DNA of 64,000 bases from Lytechinus pictus (taxonomy: Eukaryota). The position numbers and the translations under genes were made by a program. This document shows positions 60,561-64,000 of the stretch, piece after piece (position 1 is the stretch's first letter; each line of letters opens with the position of its first letter). The DNA lies in contig NC_087254.1 in the NCBI RefSeq assembly GCF_037042905.1, positions 20,398,001 to 20,462,000 of the forward strand. The letters run 5' to 3'. The notes below the pieces were generated by a model that worked only from the letters and a program-made list of their open reading frames with translations, made no database searches and had not been told where the DNA came from.

Positions 60561-63500
60561 TGTGGAATGGGGGACTCTGCATGCACGATGACATACGAAT
60601 ATTCTTAAATAAGCCGTTATTTTGGCACGTCATAGGCCTAATCAATTCGTTGAAAAATTATCACTATATGAATCCTCCAATGGAAAAATAGATAACTCTT
60701 AAAATGTATGTGCCATATGTAGTATATTCTTCTTGGTTTTAAATATTATTGAAACAAACCATGTAAGTTGTATTAATCAAAGTACATATTAGTCACAATC
60801 ATGATGTAGTTCGATAAGATCTTGCCTGTAATATAATGTTTGTTTTTTCTTCGATTAATGTATCCGTATTAATATCTGTATATAATTCAGAAAAACGTTT
60901 TGATTAAATAGACACTTTTAACACTTTTCTTATAGTCTATAAACAGTAGAAGAAAAAAAGTAAGGACTTTTTTTAAATCTCGAAACGGCTATTTTCAGCG
61001 GCACTGATTAGAGGGACTCTCTTCCGCATGATCTTGACAATCGAATGCATGTGCAACCATTAAAAAAAAACCTTGTTGGTATTTAATTTAAGTATTGTAA
61101 TTTCATTATTCAAGATCCGTATTCCCAATTCATTGCATATTATCAGAATTTTTGCTCGATTTTGAGCTAAGAATAATTATACACGAGACTCTAAAGATCG
61201 TATAATTGCTCTGCAGACTTCTTGATTTGCGCTTGTATACTGCGTGTAATGTTAAAAGGTGAAGTTCGATGTGACAAGGCCTTATCACGAATATGACCAG
61301 AACTCGCACGAAATCAGGTTCAAAATTAAGAGGGGAGGAATGGTGTCAGATGCAGAGGAAATCTGATGTGTTCATCAAACTTAGTCTTTTACAAACCAAC
61401 ATTTTCGAACCTTCTGGATTTTTTTTGTAACTTGTCATGCATTGTTCCTATAAAGTTTTGTCTCAATGACAATCATTACTCTTCATGAGTGCACTTTATA
61501 CGTGAAAAAAATAAATGTATCATGAATTGCTGATGAGTTTGCTTGTTTTTCAAAATCTGAGTTTAGAGTATGTTATATACTACAATCACACCAACGGAGC
61601 TCACTCCAAATCATGCTCCAAACCGACAGACACATTAATCTCATTGGTATGATAATAGCTTTTGTCACCCTGAGTCTTGCCTGTGTGTTTTTTCTTGTGA
61701 CGACAATTGCTGGCGAAGTATGGTGAACTTAAGCTCTTAGATAAAATAAAATGGGCCAATCTGGCAAACCTTCATAGAAAGGCAATCCTAATAGTTGATC
61801 ATAATATTTTACGATAAAGCGACCAATTATTATTTCCTCAGTTTCAAAATGTATCATAATTATTGTTTCAGATTCATGAATATGTTGACTGCATTATAGG
61901 CCGATGGAATATTCTTAAAGTTTGATCCATTTTTTAAAAATAAAGAATAGGAATGCCAATAATGTATTGTTATTTCAAAATAATGTTGATTCCAAACAAC
62001 TCCACCAATCATCAACAATAAATCAATGTGGTGAATGACTTACTTGCAGAAAACACAAGAGGGCGCAAAATGAAAAAGTATATTGATTGAACGGAGGAGT
62101 ATATCGGAAATTATGTATTTTGGTTGAAATTCAATACTGTAATCGCCTTCCGATCGTAAGTGGAGACCTTGGATCTGTGGCGTACGCAGGGACCCCCTTA
62201 ATTTTTTTAAATACCCAAACACCCCCCTTAAAAAATGTTGACGAATTTTTTTACTTGTCAAATTTGTGTTGGGTACGAAACGACCTAAAATGTATGATGA
62301 TGACCTATTTTCCCCTTTTTTTTTGGTTATCAACGTTCCTTTCATCTTGAACCCCCCCCCTTTCAAAAATCCTCCGCACGCCACTGCCTAGGATATTGCA
62401 TGGGAAGCTATAAACGGATTAATTAAACAAGGTTTCAACCTAATAATTAATTGAGCCATATGACCAAGTTTATTGTTCTAAATATATATGCAGAAAGTTC
62501 ATCTAATAATTTTTTTTCCACTAACTTTAGCAATCAGTCTCTCGTTCGTAAAAAGCAAATATAGTGAACATTAATTGTTTTACAAAGTCGGGAGGGTTTC
62601 ATGAAGTTCGTCATGGAGATCTATTTTACTGGAGCTAAGGAATTTATCTTCTTCGTTTAATTTTATATTAATGTAGAGCCCTTTGGCTTGCTTGCAGTGG
62701 CGGCTTCAGGATTTGTATACTGGGGGGGGGGGGGCAAGTGGGAGACAAGATAACTTTGTCAGGGGAAGCAAAGGCGGGCACAATTTTTTTGCCTGTTTCA
62801 CAAAATCGACCGCGAAGCGCAAGCTAAAATGTTTAGGCACTATTGCTTGACCTGTTAAGAACTGTTTCCAGTGACTCGTAAAGATGATATTTCATCAAAT
62901 CAATAATGCGAGGAAGAAGCGCGAGATAAACATTTTTAATATCTTGAGATGATTAGTGGACGTTGAAACTTGAACATGATGGGTACTAAACTAAACAATG
63001 CGAGCACATAGCGCGAGCTGATTTTTTTTTATATTCAGCACTTTTTTGTGATTATGAACTGCAGGATGCGTAGCACGCCAAAACGAGTAAATAAAAACTC
63101 GAATCATGAGAAAAATAATTTGTGCATAATGAATCAAACATAAGCCCCATGTTATTTGATTGAGCATAGGCTTATCCTCAACAGCCACTGCTAATAACGC
63201 GAAGCCGCCAGCAAGATATTGAATATTATGACCTGAAAGATGGCCGTCAGAGCAGAGGATTATCTTTTGTATAGGGGAGGGGGGGTGCAACAAAAGATGC
63301 CGTCCCATGAAAAAGGGACACGCTATTTTTAAAGGCCCATGCTCGTATTTTTGGAAGCTAACCATGAGTACGGTAAGCCTGCATGAGAAATTCCTCAAAA
63401 TTTGAAGAGTGAAAGCGCTGTTTGGAGCACTTTACAGCTTGACATCATTTACTGCACATCATTTTTTTTTATTTGAAAATTATTTTCTTGCATAAAGTGT

Positions 63501-64000
63501 ACTGTGCACGCAAGTGGTTCGGGGCCATAGAGATAGGTATGCATGGTCGGGGGCATTCGGTCGGCAAAATCACTCGTACCGCATACCGTTCCGTCGTACC
63601 GTACGTACCATGCATGTTAGTCTTAATGTTCGGCTCGCATATCGCGATCGGCTAGCTCCGATCCGTACGTACGTACGCACGCATATATTTTCCCGCGCGC
63701 AGATATCGTTTCACATCTCATGAAGATGTGATTTCGATGCATAATTTATCTCCTGAAAAGTTGCATCTGTGGATTCATACATTAGGTGGACTTAATAGGA
63801 TTTTACGGAATATTTTAACTGGATTCCTTGGTACTACTGGGTGAGGTGATTATCAGGAGATATGATTCTAAACTACTAAAATATTGACAATTTTTTTTGC
63901 GCCTTGGCCGTGACCGTGTGACTGTGTGAGGCGATTGTGTGACTTCCCATACCGTAGGCATTATCATTGCTTGTTGATGCAGTTTCGATTTAGTTTCAAT

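Noticed and set aside
62040-63723. ORFs and GC-rich CGTAC patch at the right end
   Set aside because: ORFs overlap degenerate hAT-like MITE pieces; no splice-consistent or homologous coding signal, and element boundaries could not be fixed.

Overview
Eukaryotic, AT-rich and transposon-dense animal DNA with spliceosomal introns. The repeat types suggest an echinoderm such as a sea urchin (inference). There are three host genes: the 5' part of a minus-strand type II membrane protein gene (<1-1722), a two-coding-exon Myb/SANT-like (MSANTD-type) gene (38615-41234), and an eight-exon B4GALT5/6-like beta-1,4-galactosyltransferase gene (48747-58806). A ~21.2-kb non-autonomous DNA transposon (3481-24639) has TAT...ATA ends and long terminal inverted repeats built from palindromic ~20-bp units, and it carries a spliced cargo gene. 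Nested inside it is a TTAA-type MITE, which in turn holds a hAT-type element and an intact, very young BEL/Pao LTR retrotransposon (6308-15606; 1615-bp LTRs; TATGG target duplication; one 1869-aa polyprotein). The most striking observation concerns this retrotransposon. It has no tRNA-type primer-binding site (PBS), and the 12 nt following its 5' LTR are exactly complementary to a sequence formed only when a ~1.1-kb intron inside the LTR is spliced out, which suggests splicing-dependent self-priming of reverse transcription. The rest of the window holds many MITEs, SINEs, LINE relics, a HINE-like tandem-repeat element and a gapped microsatellite.
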